Shown in pieces: positions 1 through 13,400 of a DNA stretch of 64,000 nucleotides (the first letter of the stretch is position 1; each line of letters opens with the position of its first letter). Position numbers and translations under genes: made by a program. Source of the stretch: Mobula hypostoma (Eukaryota); the NCBI RefSeq assembly GCF_963921235.1, contig NC_086118.1:26848001-26912000 (forward strand), in the 5' to 3' direction. The notes beneath the pieces are model-generated. The model did no database searches. It saw only the letters and a program-made list of their open reading frames with translations, and was not told the DNA's origin.

Positions 1-708
1 AGCATTTTGTGTGTATTACTTTGATTTCCAGGATCTGCATATTTTCTCTTGTTTGAGACATCACCACTTGCAAGTTTCCCTTCCAAGTCACAGATCCTGG
101 TGTGGAAATAAATTGGCTGCCTTTCATTGCCACTGATTCCAATTCCTAGAATTCCTATTGTATCCAACAATACTTCACTGTTCAGGAAAACAGTCCTCTA
201 CCATCTTACTGAAGGCAATTAAAACTGGGCAATTACTGAGGGATTTGCAAGCAATGATCATATCCTGAAAAGGTGAATGAAAAAAATGGGACGCTGTACG
301 CTAAACTTTCTGATACATATTGGAGAAAAATAAAAGTTTCACATTGCTGTCATGTACTCAGAAATTTTAGCCTGTGAAGTGTACAAATAGTCCCCAGGTT
401 ACAAATTCCCAATCTACATACAGCCCACAGTTACAAATAAGCTTTCAGGGGAACAGTGGGACACATTTGCTAACAGTTGCAAGGTTGCAGGAATTTTCTG
501 CCACCTGGGAACTTGTTTATGGTTGCACTTCTGCATTGGTCAGGTCATGAACAGATCTGGGCAGGTCCTTTATGGGGTGCAAATCATTGTACTCTGTCAC
601 ATGGTGGTGTTACTCTTGGTTTATTGAAGTCAATGATATTGGATTTCAGAAATACTTAAACATTTATAGCAATAATCAGCATAAAAAAAAACAATCCTAT
701 AATTCATG

Positions 709-941
709 AACACAAACACGAGGAATTCTGCAGATGCTGGAAATTCAAGCAACACACATCAAAGTTGCTGGTGAACGCAGCAGGCCAGGCAGCATCTCTA
801 GGAAGAGGTACAGTCGATGTTTCGGGCCGAGACCCTTCGTCAGGACTGCAGGACTCTCGGCCCGAAATGTCGACTGTACCTCTTCCTAGAGATGCTGCCT
901 GGCCTGCTGCGTTCACCAGCAACTTTGATGTGTGTTGCTTG
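709..941. mobile_element. Fold-back PLE terminal-repeat element
   Basis: ~91-bp inverted arms 742-832/855-945; AATTCATG at 701-708 and 942-949; sequence related to the ends of the GIY-YIG/RT element at 23431-25345. Confidence 0.85.
811..848 (-). ncRNA. Minimal type-I hammerhead ribozyme motif in PLE terminal repeat
   Basis: Minus strand reads CAGUC-CUGACGA-A-GGGU CUCG GCCC-GAAAC-AUC-GACUG: helix I CAGUC/GACUG, conserved core, helix II, NUH triplet. Confidence 0.75.
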
Positions 942-1273
942 AATTCATGCCCAGGAATAGTCAAAATGAAAAGAAAGTTGCTGTATTTTGACTTTCCATG
1001 ACCTAAAATGTGCTTGAATGGTTTTAATCCAATTGCAAATGAATATACACAAGAATTTCAAAGCCATCTACAGCACTAGAACAATTTCACTCAAGGATCA
1101 AGGACCGCTAGACTAAAGTGGAAACAGTTACACTGATTCAGAGGACAGTTTATTTACCTTGGACACACTAGGTTTGTTAAATTTGTTAGACTATCAATGA
1201 AAACAATTTTACAGTTTCTGTATAATTACAGCAATTTAATCCATTTGCAAATCTTCTCTATAGGAAAAGTTAC

Positions 1274-1411
1274 CTGAGTGTTTTGTAGATAATTTCTTTC
1301 ACTTCAATGCCAAAGATTTCCTTAGCAGCATATTTAAAAATGTGTTCCAAGAAGCCATCAGATCCTCTCCCATCATGCCTTGCAATAGCTACATCACTAA
1401 TTTCTTCAAAT
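1274..1411 (-). CDS. NARF: NARF coding exon 9 ([33 protein letters not shown]...YKTLR)
   Basis: 138 nt, CAG acceptor, GTAACT donor; preceded by a 75-nt intron. Confidence 0.95.
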
Positions 1412-4400
1412 CTGCACCAAATAATATAGGTTATAATGTTTCTCATTAACAATCAGTAAAATTTTGAGGAAAATTAGGTAGCTTACAAATTGTCTGAACG
1501 TTTCGGCTCCACGTCTGTTAGCTGGAAACCTTTTTGATCCATCATCTGTGCGACTTCACCTGAAACCATATTAAAAATAGAGAAATAATTTTTCAGATTG
1601 CATATTTAGATACAGTATAGAAGATAACTGTCAGATTCTTAATGTAATACAATGGATTGGTTAATGGGTGCAGCTGCTTATTTGTGACAACTCTTAAAGA
1701 ACAAAAACTAATTGAGGAAATAATCAGGATTCCCTTTGTTTATTAAGAACACAATGTCACTTAATTGGGACAAGAGACTGTTGCCAAATAGTTTCTAACT
1801 AATTCCAGTTGAAGGTATTAACAATTGTCTTGAATGTTACAGTGAAAATGAAGATTTGGAGGATGCAATTGAAGGCAGTCCATTATCTACAGTAGGCGTC
1901 GATACTAATTTTATTTACAGACAAAAGAACATAGCAGTGTACACTGGACAAATTCCTCGGTCGATATCTATTAGGAACTAACAATTTTATAGTACAGCAG
2001 CTGTATTATTACTGTTCTGCATTGCATTTAAATATAAATAAAGGTTATAAAGTAATTAGGTTCAGGTGCTTTCAAACAATTATTGCAATAATTTCAGAAT
2101 TCAGACAATAATGACTCCATCTTCTGACTCTTAACCAATTTCTACAACCTCTTGGTTGAGTTACCTAACTGAGTTTTTTGCTTTGTGGCTACCTGTGAGC
2201 AAGCAAATCTCAAGATTGTATAATTTATACACTCTTTGATAATAATGTACTTGAATCTTTTCATTGAATGTTGTTCAAAGCTTCTCTTGATTTCCAGTGA
2301 CAACCTCTTTTTGACTTCCAAGGACAACAAATCTCAACAAATATTCATTTTTCTGAAATTATATCATATTTATCAAATTCTTCTAAACATGAGCTTCCAA
2401 GCTTTCACTTTCATTCAACGCACATTTGCTTCATCGAACAAACCTCACAGAAAGCTAATTGGCAGGTTAGTATTTAGTTGACATTCACCTTCAGTAGCTC
2501 CATCATACATCAATCCAACATCCACTTTTAATATCACCGTGGCTCCTCAGTTACTTTTGATTATGATTTTCTGGAGGAACATGCAACCTCACTAATGTAA
2601 TCCAGCAATGTTACCAAAATGCAGTTCATCAGCAATTCATTTTTTTTCCTGATGAAATGATAAACCCCTGCTCTGTTTCATTAAGACCGGAGTGACGACT
2701 GGTATAAAATCTCTCCTGACCCATGAGAGCTCGACAATCTAGTCTTATGCACTGCTATGACGTTATTAACTCTGGAATGCAGGATAATTTATCTATTACT
2801 GGACTAAATCCACAAAAAAAAAAAAACCCACCAACCTCAGTCTACGGTATCTATTAGTTAGCTGAGGAGAATCAAGGCTCACTTGATTAAGCACTCATAA
2901 CTTGCTGGCACAACTGTTGCACAGAACAGCCAGAACAGGCTTTATTTAATTGATATTACCAACGATATCTGAAAATTGCAGAACATTTGTAATCACAATT
3001 TTCATTAGCAATTATACCACATAGGGTCGAAGATTTAGATTATAGAAATATACCTTCATGGTAGAATAAACTACAAGATTAAAATGTGACATATTGTAAG
3101 AGTTCTTTGTGACCAGATGATTTAACTGGGGAGATTTATGTTCAGTGGAGGGCTTATTCACTGGTTACTTTCAAAATAAATCATTATTTACAAAAGGTGT
3201 TTCCCTCCCTAGTGGGAGCTTGCAAGATGGCGACTGTTCCCTTTGGAAGGCACAGCGGTAGAGCTGCCTACTGCAACGGGATCATATCACCACAGACTCT
3301 GCAGATTAAGTCAGGTAAAACGTAGGCCATATGCATAGGGGTAGTCTAGCATAGATGCCGCATTTCTTCAATGAGGTTTTAAGTATGTCCTAGAATATTT
3401 TCCATTGTCTACCTCATAAACCCTTCCCGTAAAATGAGTGTTTCCAGAATCTGGTGTTGGGCATGTAATTACGATATTGTTGTGCAACTAGGAGCACAAT
3501 GAACAAAAATCTATTTAAATGATGAGTCATTTGCAAACTGATGCATACCTCAGATTCACTAATGGTGCACCAGGTGAAATTGGTGCCCTTCAACAAATTC
3601 TGAGTTGGCCAATCTGATTGCATTAGGTTCTGGTAAATGTATAGACAAGTACCTGGTGGGTGGCTTGGACACGTTAGGCCAAAGGGCCAGTTTCTGTGAT
3701 GTACAGCTATGACTGATACAACTTGCTTTATTACAAGTGGTTCAAATCTTTGTAGGCCTTTATATTCAATTTTCCCTTTAACATCGAGATATGTCCGAAG
3801 TCATTACGAATGTGGCAGCCTGTGTGCATGGAAGCAGGAAGGTGAGTAAACAGTGGGCTGGTTCTGGATTTAGTTTCAGGAAACAAAGCTGATTAGGTGC
3901 ATTGTGTGTCAGTGGGAGAACCCTTTAAAGTAGTGATCACAGTTCATAAGGTCTCAGATGAAATGGGCACAAAGGTCACAAATTGATACACAGCCAGGTT
4001 TACAAGGCTAAATCAGCAAACGTGAATGTGGAAGTTATTAGTCACAGATCAATAGGAGACATGAAATGATTCAAAAGGGTCAGACTAAACATTTCCCCCA
4101 ACAAAGAACAAGGAGCAGTACAGGCCCCTTGGCCATAATATTGTGCCGATCTTTTAACCTACTGAGATCAATCTAACCTTCCTTCCCAGATAAACCACCA
4201 CGTGTCTAAGAGTCTCTTAACTGTCTCCAATGTATCTGTCTCTACCACCACCCCAGGCAACATACACCATAGACCCACATCTCTAAAAAAATACCCGACC
4301 TCTGATATTACCCCTATATGTTAAGATTACAAGTCCTCATATTAGTCATTTCTACTACAGAAAAAAAAGTGTTTGGCACCCACTCTAGCTACGCCTCTCA

Positions 4401-7400
4401 TCTTATACACCTCCATCAAGTCACCTCTCATCTTCCTTTGCTTTAAATCCCTAGCACACTCAAGCTATCTTCATAAGACATGCATTCTAAACTGGGCAGC
4501 ATCCTGGTAAATATCCGCACTCACTACAAAGCTTCCAGATCCTTCCTATAAAGAGATGTCCAGGATCCAATACAATACTTCAATGTGGTCCAACGAGAGT
4601 TGTATAGAGTTGCGACATTACCTCCTGGCTTTTGAACCAATCATCTGACTAATAAAGACCAATTTATGCCTCCTTAATCACCCTATCAATTTGTGTGGCA
4701 ACTCTGAGGGATCCGTGGATGTGGACCCCAAGATCTTTGTCCCTCCACACTAAGAATCCTGCTATTAATCCTGTATTCCTTCTTCAGGTTCAACCTTCCA
4801 AAGTGTATCCTTTTGCACTTTTCCGCATTGAACTCCATCTGCCAGTTCTCAGCTCAGCTCTGCACCCCATCGTTGCCTCAACCAACTTCAAGATAGACTG
4901 TCAGTTCCAGTACACAAGTGTAAAGGAGAATAAAATAATTGTTACTTCTGATCTGATGCAGCACAAAAAGCAAACAAAAACACATTAAATATAAATACAT
5001 AAGATGGCTTGAATACGTAGATTCATATATATCAAGTTGGACAGGTCGGGTCTGGTAAATTTAACAGAAAAATGCCAAGTGTAATTTAATACAGGTGTAC
5101 AAAAGTAAATCCATTGTAGTAGTGTGATAAGGCAAAGAAAGGGCAAGATATTCAGTGGTATGAGGAAGGACAATCAGGTCTATAATGTGGTGAAGGAGTT
5201 ATCCAAGATGCTTTCATTCATTAGCAGAGGCAGAAAATATGAGGACAGGAATATAACTGGACAAAAAGGCCAATTAGGCCAAAAGCCTGAATACTGTGAT
5301 CAGTTCTGGTCATCACAGAAAATGTAATTGTACAGAAGGTGCAGGTGAGATTTACTATAATGTGGCTAGGACCAACATGTCCAACCAACACTGCTGCTCT
5401 GGTTCTCTCATCCTTATTGAAGTGCGGTGCCTTGGTCTGCACATAGTATTTAACAGTGGTTTCTATTTTATAGCCCTGGCATCATCTCCTGTTTTGTGTT
5501 CTATGCCTCGGTCAATGAAGTACTCCTACTTCAGTGCCTTATCATCCCATCGTGTTACCTTTAGCAAATCAAGGCTGTGCAATCCAAAATCCTCTTCTTC
5601 CTCTACACTCCTCAGTATTATGTTTTATTGTTCATTTTCTTGCCTGTTTACCTTCCCCACATGAAGGCCTGCACAATGCTCTGAACTACTTAGGTCCACC
5701 CAAGTATTCAACTGGTCTCTCTTCCTCACTTCCCAACACTGACATTTTGGCATCATCAACAAATTTCTTAATTGTGCTTCCTGCAACCCCACTGCAATCA
5801 ACCCTCTAGTTCCTGAAGTTCATTTCAGTAATAATCCTTGACTTTCTGGTAACGACCAACATTTAATCCAAATGAGAGAAAGACCAAGCTGAGAGAGGGA
5901 AAAGATTATAAACAAATTGGAAAGTTTACCTAGAAGTTCAAGAGCATCATACTTTTTCCACCAATAACAATTCTCCCATATTATACAACCAAAGTTTGTT
6001 TTTTACCCCCCTAAAACAACCCCACAAAAATCATGCAGGTACTTCCAGGTGTGAGCCATTTCAGTGTGCCTAATGTGATTGTGCATCATGGTAACAATGT
6101 GATGTGCAACACTCCTTTTAGAGTACTCTGGGGAAGTTGCAGCAGATTGCTTGGGAGCACCCAGTATCCTGGGATAACATGGACCTCCCAGCAAGCCTGC
6201 CAAGTCAGTTAATAACTTACCTTCAACATATCCATTCCAATAACACTTATCACCCAATAACCCCTCAACCATCACCATGTTATGTTGTACCAGTGATCTG
6301 AGTCCAAGTGCTCAACCCCTTTCCTCCCACCTCCAAGTCAGCTAATAAATGTTGGTACATCAGTTACCACCTACAACTTGATAATCCACGAGATGGGTTC
6401 CTCCCCTACCTCACACCAGCCAACTAAAACCTAACCTCCGAACTGAAACCCTGATGTTTTTTTCCCAGTAACATCGTCCAAACAATTCAAATCATCAATA
6501 GTTAACCTTGATTGGCTGTATTTTATGTATATTGTGCGATTAAAACACTGTTGTGGATGGTTTCAAGCTCCGCTACGAAAGGAGGCGGGTTGGGCATGGG
6601 GCTAGCAATCCCATCCCATAAAAGCCCAGTGCCACAGAAATGCCTACAAAAGCAACAAAGGCCTCATCCCTGAGGGAGGAAGGATCTTTGAAGATGGACT
6701 ACGCCTGGGAATAATTTGAAAGACTCGCCCAAGACAGGACTCGGTGAGCTGCTGTCGGCAGCCTACGCCCCACTAGGGTGAAGGGCTATGAAGAAGATGC
6801 CATTAAAACAAATGCTAACTTTAAAAAAACATTTTTGCTTCTAACATGGAGTTTCACATATTTCAAATATCTTCCATAGCAACACAAGTCAGATACCAAG
6901 TTGGCTTATTAATTTTACAATCAATAGTTTGCACTTGCCAGTTATTTTCCTTCAGGGTGCACCTGCTTACAAACTGTTCATCTCTAATGTTTTCTACTTT
7001 TTATCAAAAGTATTGACATTACCTGAAGTTAGTACACAGTCAACATCCTGTATCTTGCAAACACTGTTGTAAAAATCTTCCCCTAGTGCCTCTAATTTTT
7101 TGTCATAACAGGGAGTAATGACTGCATGGAAGATCTTCTCAGGAGGGAGATGCTGAAAAAACAATTGTAACATGAAGGACAAAAACCAAAATATCTTTAC
7201 AGTTTGAGCGCAACAAATAAAATTATTTGTCTCAATACCACACTTATCCAGGGCTACAATAAAACAAAGTTATGAAAGCCATGCAAAGTCATTTACAATT
7301 GGTTATACCTAATACCTCAAAGGTTTCTATTGTAAAGAAACACAGATTTAGTCCTGACGAAGGGTCTCAGCCTGAAACGTTGACTGTACCTCTTCCTATA

Positions 7401-10400
7401 GATGCTGCCTGGCCTGCTGCATTCACCAGCACTTTTTGTGTGTGTTGTTTCAAAATTTAAATATAGGAACCCAATTTTACAAGGTGGCCACAGAACTTTC
7501 TTGCATCAGTAACATTGTAATATTTCCCCAAACTAGTTATTTTTCTGCATTAGAGTCTATCATATGCTGTTTTAAGAATATACAGTCATGAAGAATGATC
7601 TTGGCCCGAAACGCTAACTGTTTATTCATTTCCATAGATGCTGCCTGTCCTGCTGAGTTTCTCCATCATTTTGTTTGTGTTACACAGTTTAATAACGTGC
7701 TTTTTTAGCACCCTATTTCTGGTCAAATTTAATGAATGCTTCAGAAAGATTAGCATGCATTAAGTAGACAGTTTTTAATTATCCTCCATTTTGATGATTA
7801 CGTCAGTGCTTAATTTTCAGTAGGTATTTGCTATATCTTAGAATTACACTAGTAAAATTGTTTATTTTTTGACAAATGCTGCTGTTATATCCTTCAGCAC
7901 ATAGTGACTGCTGCAAATAGTTGCCATCTGCAGCACTACAGGAGAGTGCCTTAAGCAACCTACGTGAAGGAGGTCATTAATCTTGTTCACAACCCTCTTG
8001 CGTATCTGGATATGCAGCAAGAAACAATTGGATAAGGGATATACATCAAAGTTGCTGGTGAACGCAGCAGGCCAAGCAGCAGACTGCACCTCTTCCTATA
8101 GATGCTGCTTGGCCTGCTGCGTTCACCAGCAACTTTGATGTATGTTGCTTGAATTTCCAGCATCTGCAGAATTCCTGTTGTTTGTGGATAAGGGATAGTT
8201 TGGCACATTCACATCAACACATTGGATCAAAACAGTGGGCTTTTTTTTTTGTTCACAGATACAGCAGAGATTGTTTCAGTTTTGAAACCTGCATCTCCAA
8301 GGACTGGTCAAGTGAGTGATATTGACTAGGACTGCAGGAGAATTTAATACCCTACTTAGATAGCATCAGAAACTTACTATGCAGTTGTCATAAAGGCTAA
8401 CATTACAAAAATGTACTACTTTCACCTATTTACCTGCTTTTTAGCAAAATAGTCTTTTATCAGGGATCCCATGACTTGATGCGGGGATTTGGCAGTGCAG
8501 ATGTGTGGAAGTACAAGGCTCCCCAGGGCTTTTTCAGCATAACGAATCCAACCTGCAATAGAGAAGCACTGAACTGTATAATCAATAGTTGCATAACCTT
8601 TCTACACTTGCTCCAATTCTGGGAAATAACAGCATTCCACCTTCACATTTTCGTTTTGTTTTAAATTAGCTGCTCGCACAAATTATTAAAAAAGGCATTG
8701 CTTGAAATGTAAAGTATTACTTCCTTACTGTAAAATAATCTATTGCTATTAGTTTGAGTTTATAACTGGGATGATTGGATATTTGGAAGAAACTTCAAAG
8801 CCTTTCTCTTCCTGTGTTTTACTGGATTTTATATCCCCCTTTGAAACAAGGACTTCCATTAAAACTACCAGTTGATACTTAAACTTTCTGCAAGCCTCAA
8901 AAGAAAGTGAAAACAATGCAAACCAAAATAGTACATTTTGAAGGTTCAGTGTAATATTTTAGATTTTGGAAAGAATTATATTTTTTGCACCAAATCAATT
9001 CTGCCATATTGTGTTAAACTTAATTATAGGGGCAATTCAATTTTAGTCATCATTGCTAAAATTCAAATACTTTATATTTATATAAAGATTTCAAATAAAT
9101 TTACAATACATGCCTCACATAAACAGTGAAGAATGTACAGTTACTGTAAGTCACAATTTGTACAAATATGTACTACATGGAACTAAGAATCACATTCACT
9201 ACAGTTTTATCAGACAAGGATAGACATATACAAGGGTACTGGTAAGAGTTGTCCCTTTCTTGAGGTAATGTCCTTTTTTTTTTAAATGGTTTAGTTGATG
9301 GATAAACTGCACTGTACACTAGTCACCCACTGCATGGTCTCACCTCAGCTGTTAAACACCTGAAGTAATGCAAAAGAATCTTCCACCACAAAGCTACTCA
9401 ACTACAATGGTAGATGTTACCTGTGCCCAGGTACCACATAGCACCACAGGCATCAGTCTGTGGCGATCCATCTGGCAGAGAAATGGACTCCTACCAGACC
9501 TCACTGCCTTTGCCCCAAGCTGGAAGGTTGTGAATTGATACAGTGAAGTGGTGTACTCAAATACCAGTGAGCACAAAGAGACCATACACCAACAAATGAC
9601 CATTCCATTCTCAAGAATTGTCTCTGAACAATACAAGTGTTGCTAACACCACATTTGTGTTATATAATCACTGGAAAATATGAATTTGATAGCTGGACAC
9701 AAAAGTAAGTGGATTATATTCACCCAGACAAGAGGGTAGATTGAATCACATTGACTCAATTTGGACCCATGCTCCTAAGACTTGAAATGGAGCTCAGATT
9801 GCGAGTGTATTATTGTTAAACCAACATGACATTGTTGCTGTTGCTTACAGCTTTGAAACGGATATCCAAAATATCATCTTTGAATAAGCCAATTGATTTT
9901 ATTCCTCTGATCAATACAATTTTATAATTGGGATCTGTAACACAAACAGTAATGAGTAAAAATATTGGGTATAATTAATCATTTTCCTAGGTTTTGCTGT
10001 TGCAAGGAGGAATTGAAGCTGGTTGTGAGATTGATTTATACACATGAGTTTGCACATTCACTTTCATCTGTAATACAAATCCACTCTATATGTTACCAAC
10101 AAATTTGTCAAGGGAAGTCTTTGGTAACAAGTTCTGAGCTTGTCAACAATGCCTGTGTCTATAAAGGAGCATGAAGTATTTTGAATCAACACAAGCAGAA
10201 GGGCATGTGTAAGTTTAGATCCCACTCAGAAACTAATGTTAGAACCGGGGTTACATTACTACAGTCTGTCATGGGCAATCACAAGATTCATCTCAATGTA
10301 GAATGCTTGGAGATTTTTAAGTTATCAGTAATGTTATACTCTGGAGAATAACAAACTTGTGTCACATCTGCAAATGTTAAAACATACAGAGAGAAAAAAA

Positions 10401-13400
10401 AATCAATATAATTATGTTTACCTATCACCTATTTAGACAATAATCACTGATGAAAGTTGTACTACGTAAAGAAATCCAAAAAAAAAGCAGCATTTTCAAC
10501 ACAGAATCCACTATAGCTTGATATTTCCTTCTAGATGGTAGGTTTATTGAAAAAAAAATCAGTCTCTGAATGCAATACATCACCAGGAAGGTAATTTGTT
10601 AATCTCCACTGCAAGTTCCACAAGATAACTAATATTATAACTGATTTGGGAATTGCAAGGCATCTGACTGCAAGTCTCTACAAACGATCGCAAAGACTTT
10701 GCGAAAATCATCGGGGTGGCTGTACACCCAATAGAGATATTTATCAGCAGTGCTGCATACACAGGGCCCTTGGTATTGTCAGTGATCCCTCCCACCTACC
10801 CAACCATCTCTTTGACTCCCTACCATCAGGCAGGAGGTACCATACCATTAGGACAAGAACTGTTAGGATGGGAAACAGCATCTTCCACCAGGCTGGAAGA
10901 CTTCCGAGCTCTGTCTCCATGCATGAATCTCATCATAAGTATGATCATTTATGAAGTGCCAGTGGCATTATACAGTTCACTTTTAAAAAAAAACTTGTAT
11001 CATAAATGCACCTAATTAGTGGTAATATTACTTTGTGTTATGTGTGTGAGTTATATGTATTGTGTAGTGCACCTTGGTCCAGAGAAACGTTGTTTCATTT
11101 GGCAGTGTACATGTGTACACTTGAACGACAATACACTGATCTTGAACCAAATATATCTCGGATGCTCGGTAACATGTTGTACACCCTACTCGTAGTTTGT
11201 CAGAGGAAGCAGTCAGAAGAATTGTAAATTAAAATTACCTCCACCCCATGTAGATCTCTTTAAAAAGAGAAAATAATTTTAAAAGACCTTCAGCAAACAT
11301 GTACATTTACTGCTATGTTAAAAGAAAATAAAGGACAAGTAATGTAACAGAATTTAGTTCCACACTAAACTTCAACTTAAATTTTCATTCAAATTTAAAG
11401 GAAGGTTAATTGTTTAGGATCAACATGAAGTTCTTATATTTAAATTGCAGATAAAGGAACAGTGAATCTAACAACGCAGAGTATTCCTTCTGGTCATATT
11501 CTATCAACTGTGCTGGTACAGTGTCACTGTGTTTCAATTCACCATTCATTTAGTTCGGTTTTAGTTATTTGCAGACATTGCACAACATGAAACAGTAGAT
11601 ATCATATGACCCAGTTTCAAGAAACTGGGCTAAACACCAGAAATCACTATCAAACTCTAATACTAATAAGCAATTTCACTGAGTCATCCTCTATAGTCCA
11701 GTTACATAGGGAAGGAGAATAAGGGGGTTTTTGTTATCAACATTTAACAAAACAGAAATGGTTATTCATTAAGCTATTTTTAAAACTGAAGTTCAGTGAG
11801 TTCACCCAAATTAAGTGTTTTTTTTTGGGGTAAATAAAATCCTACTCTATAGGCTCTTTGATTTATCGTCTGTTCCCATCCAAACCCCTCCACCCACTGA
11901 GAAACTGCTATTCATCAGGAATTTCCACTTCTATGTAGAGAGAGCATCAACATTTTATCCAATTGACAGCATTTGAGGCTGGATCCTTGAATTTAAAGAG
12001 ACAAGCAACATCATAAATGCTAAATAAAGCAGGAAAGACAACCAAGGCTGCTGAGATCAAAGCCAGTTGCCACCGCCCCCCCAGGTAAAATTTAACTTTA
12101 ACTGTCAGTAATAAGAAAATCTAAGATTTTAAATTGTTCTTTTGAAAATCTTACCAAATTTGAGTAATATGACAAAATCACTTGCTTAATACTATAAATA
12201 ATGTAGAATAATTGTGGAGACATTGGAGATACAGTGAGAAGATTATGACTTAATGGAAATTTTAAAAATATATTATACTGAGAGGGAAATCACTTGTTGG
12301 TTTGAGAGTCACTGATAAAAGATCATCAATTTATAATTACCAAGGGAATATAGGAGCTTGGTTAAATTTCTTTAGCATTATTAGGAGCCCAAAATTGTTT
12401 GCCAAAATAGAAATCACTCCATGATTCAAGTGAAGATTAGAAAAATAAACTGCTGTGGGAAGAGAGCAGGCTCTCAGATTTGGATTGCTGCAATCATGAA
12501 CTGGCAGCTACACAAAGGGCAGAATGGACCCTTTCTCTGCTAAACATTTATAATGTGCTGCTTTCACATTTGTAGAGTAAACTTTGGTTGTAATGCAGTA
12601 TTTGCAAATTTGTTGGTATAGTCACCTTGCATTAGTAGGCAACTTGATAAAAAACCACTTTAAATGCAACTTACCTGACAATTATTTTTCCAAAGCAACA
12701 CACAAATCCTGGAGGAACTCAGCAGGCCAGGCAGCATCTACGGAAGAGTAAGCTGCTGACATTTCAGGCTGTGACCCTTTTTCAGGACTAAAGAAGGGTT
12801 ACTGAAACGTTACTGTTTACTATTTTCCATAGATGCTACCCGACCTGCTGAGTTCCTCCAGCATTGAGTGTGTTGCTTTGGATTTCCAATGTCTGCATAT
12901 TTTCTTCTGTTTAGCAATTATTTTTTCAAGCACATTTTATAAAATTAATCACGTGATATCAGTCATCATATAAGAATACTGTGAGTTGACACATACATTA
13001 ATGTGACAGATGGGAGAAGGGAAGACAACATTTATACATAGATAGGATTGCTCTACTTGGTGGCATCAAAAAATGGCAACATTAAGCCTACTCTAGTTTT
13101 TGTTGATGTTCACCAGGCACTCCCACTAGCCACTTACTGCAACCATAAAACAACTGCAAACAACTACAGAGTTTAAAGAAAGTTTGAGGCAAGTTTTATT
13201 TTGGAAGAAATACTAAGTGGTAGATGCCTGGAACACAGCACTAGGGGAAGCGGTGAAACAGATACAGGAACAATGTTAAGCATTAAGGGAACTTAGGTGG
13301 CACATGAACAAGTTTGGAATGAAAGGATATTGTGTTTAGGCAGATGGGATCAGCTTAATTTGACATTATGATCGGCACATCAAAGGCAGAAGTTCCTGAG

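Noticed and set aside
709..941. miRNA precursor or DNA-type MITE reading of the hairpins
   Set aside because: Arms match the ends of an RT/GIY-YIG element, are asymmetric, and have variable-length TSDs; no small-RNA evidence.
704..1001. Mirror ORFs on both strands (also 45500-45772)
   Set aside because: They arise from the palindromic PLE hairpins, not from genes.
2080..2620. Possible ancient hAT transposase remnant (minus)
   Set aside because: Only a vague resemblance with many stops; cannot be supported without a profile search.
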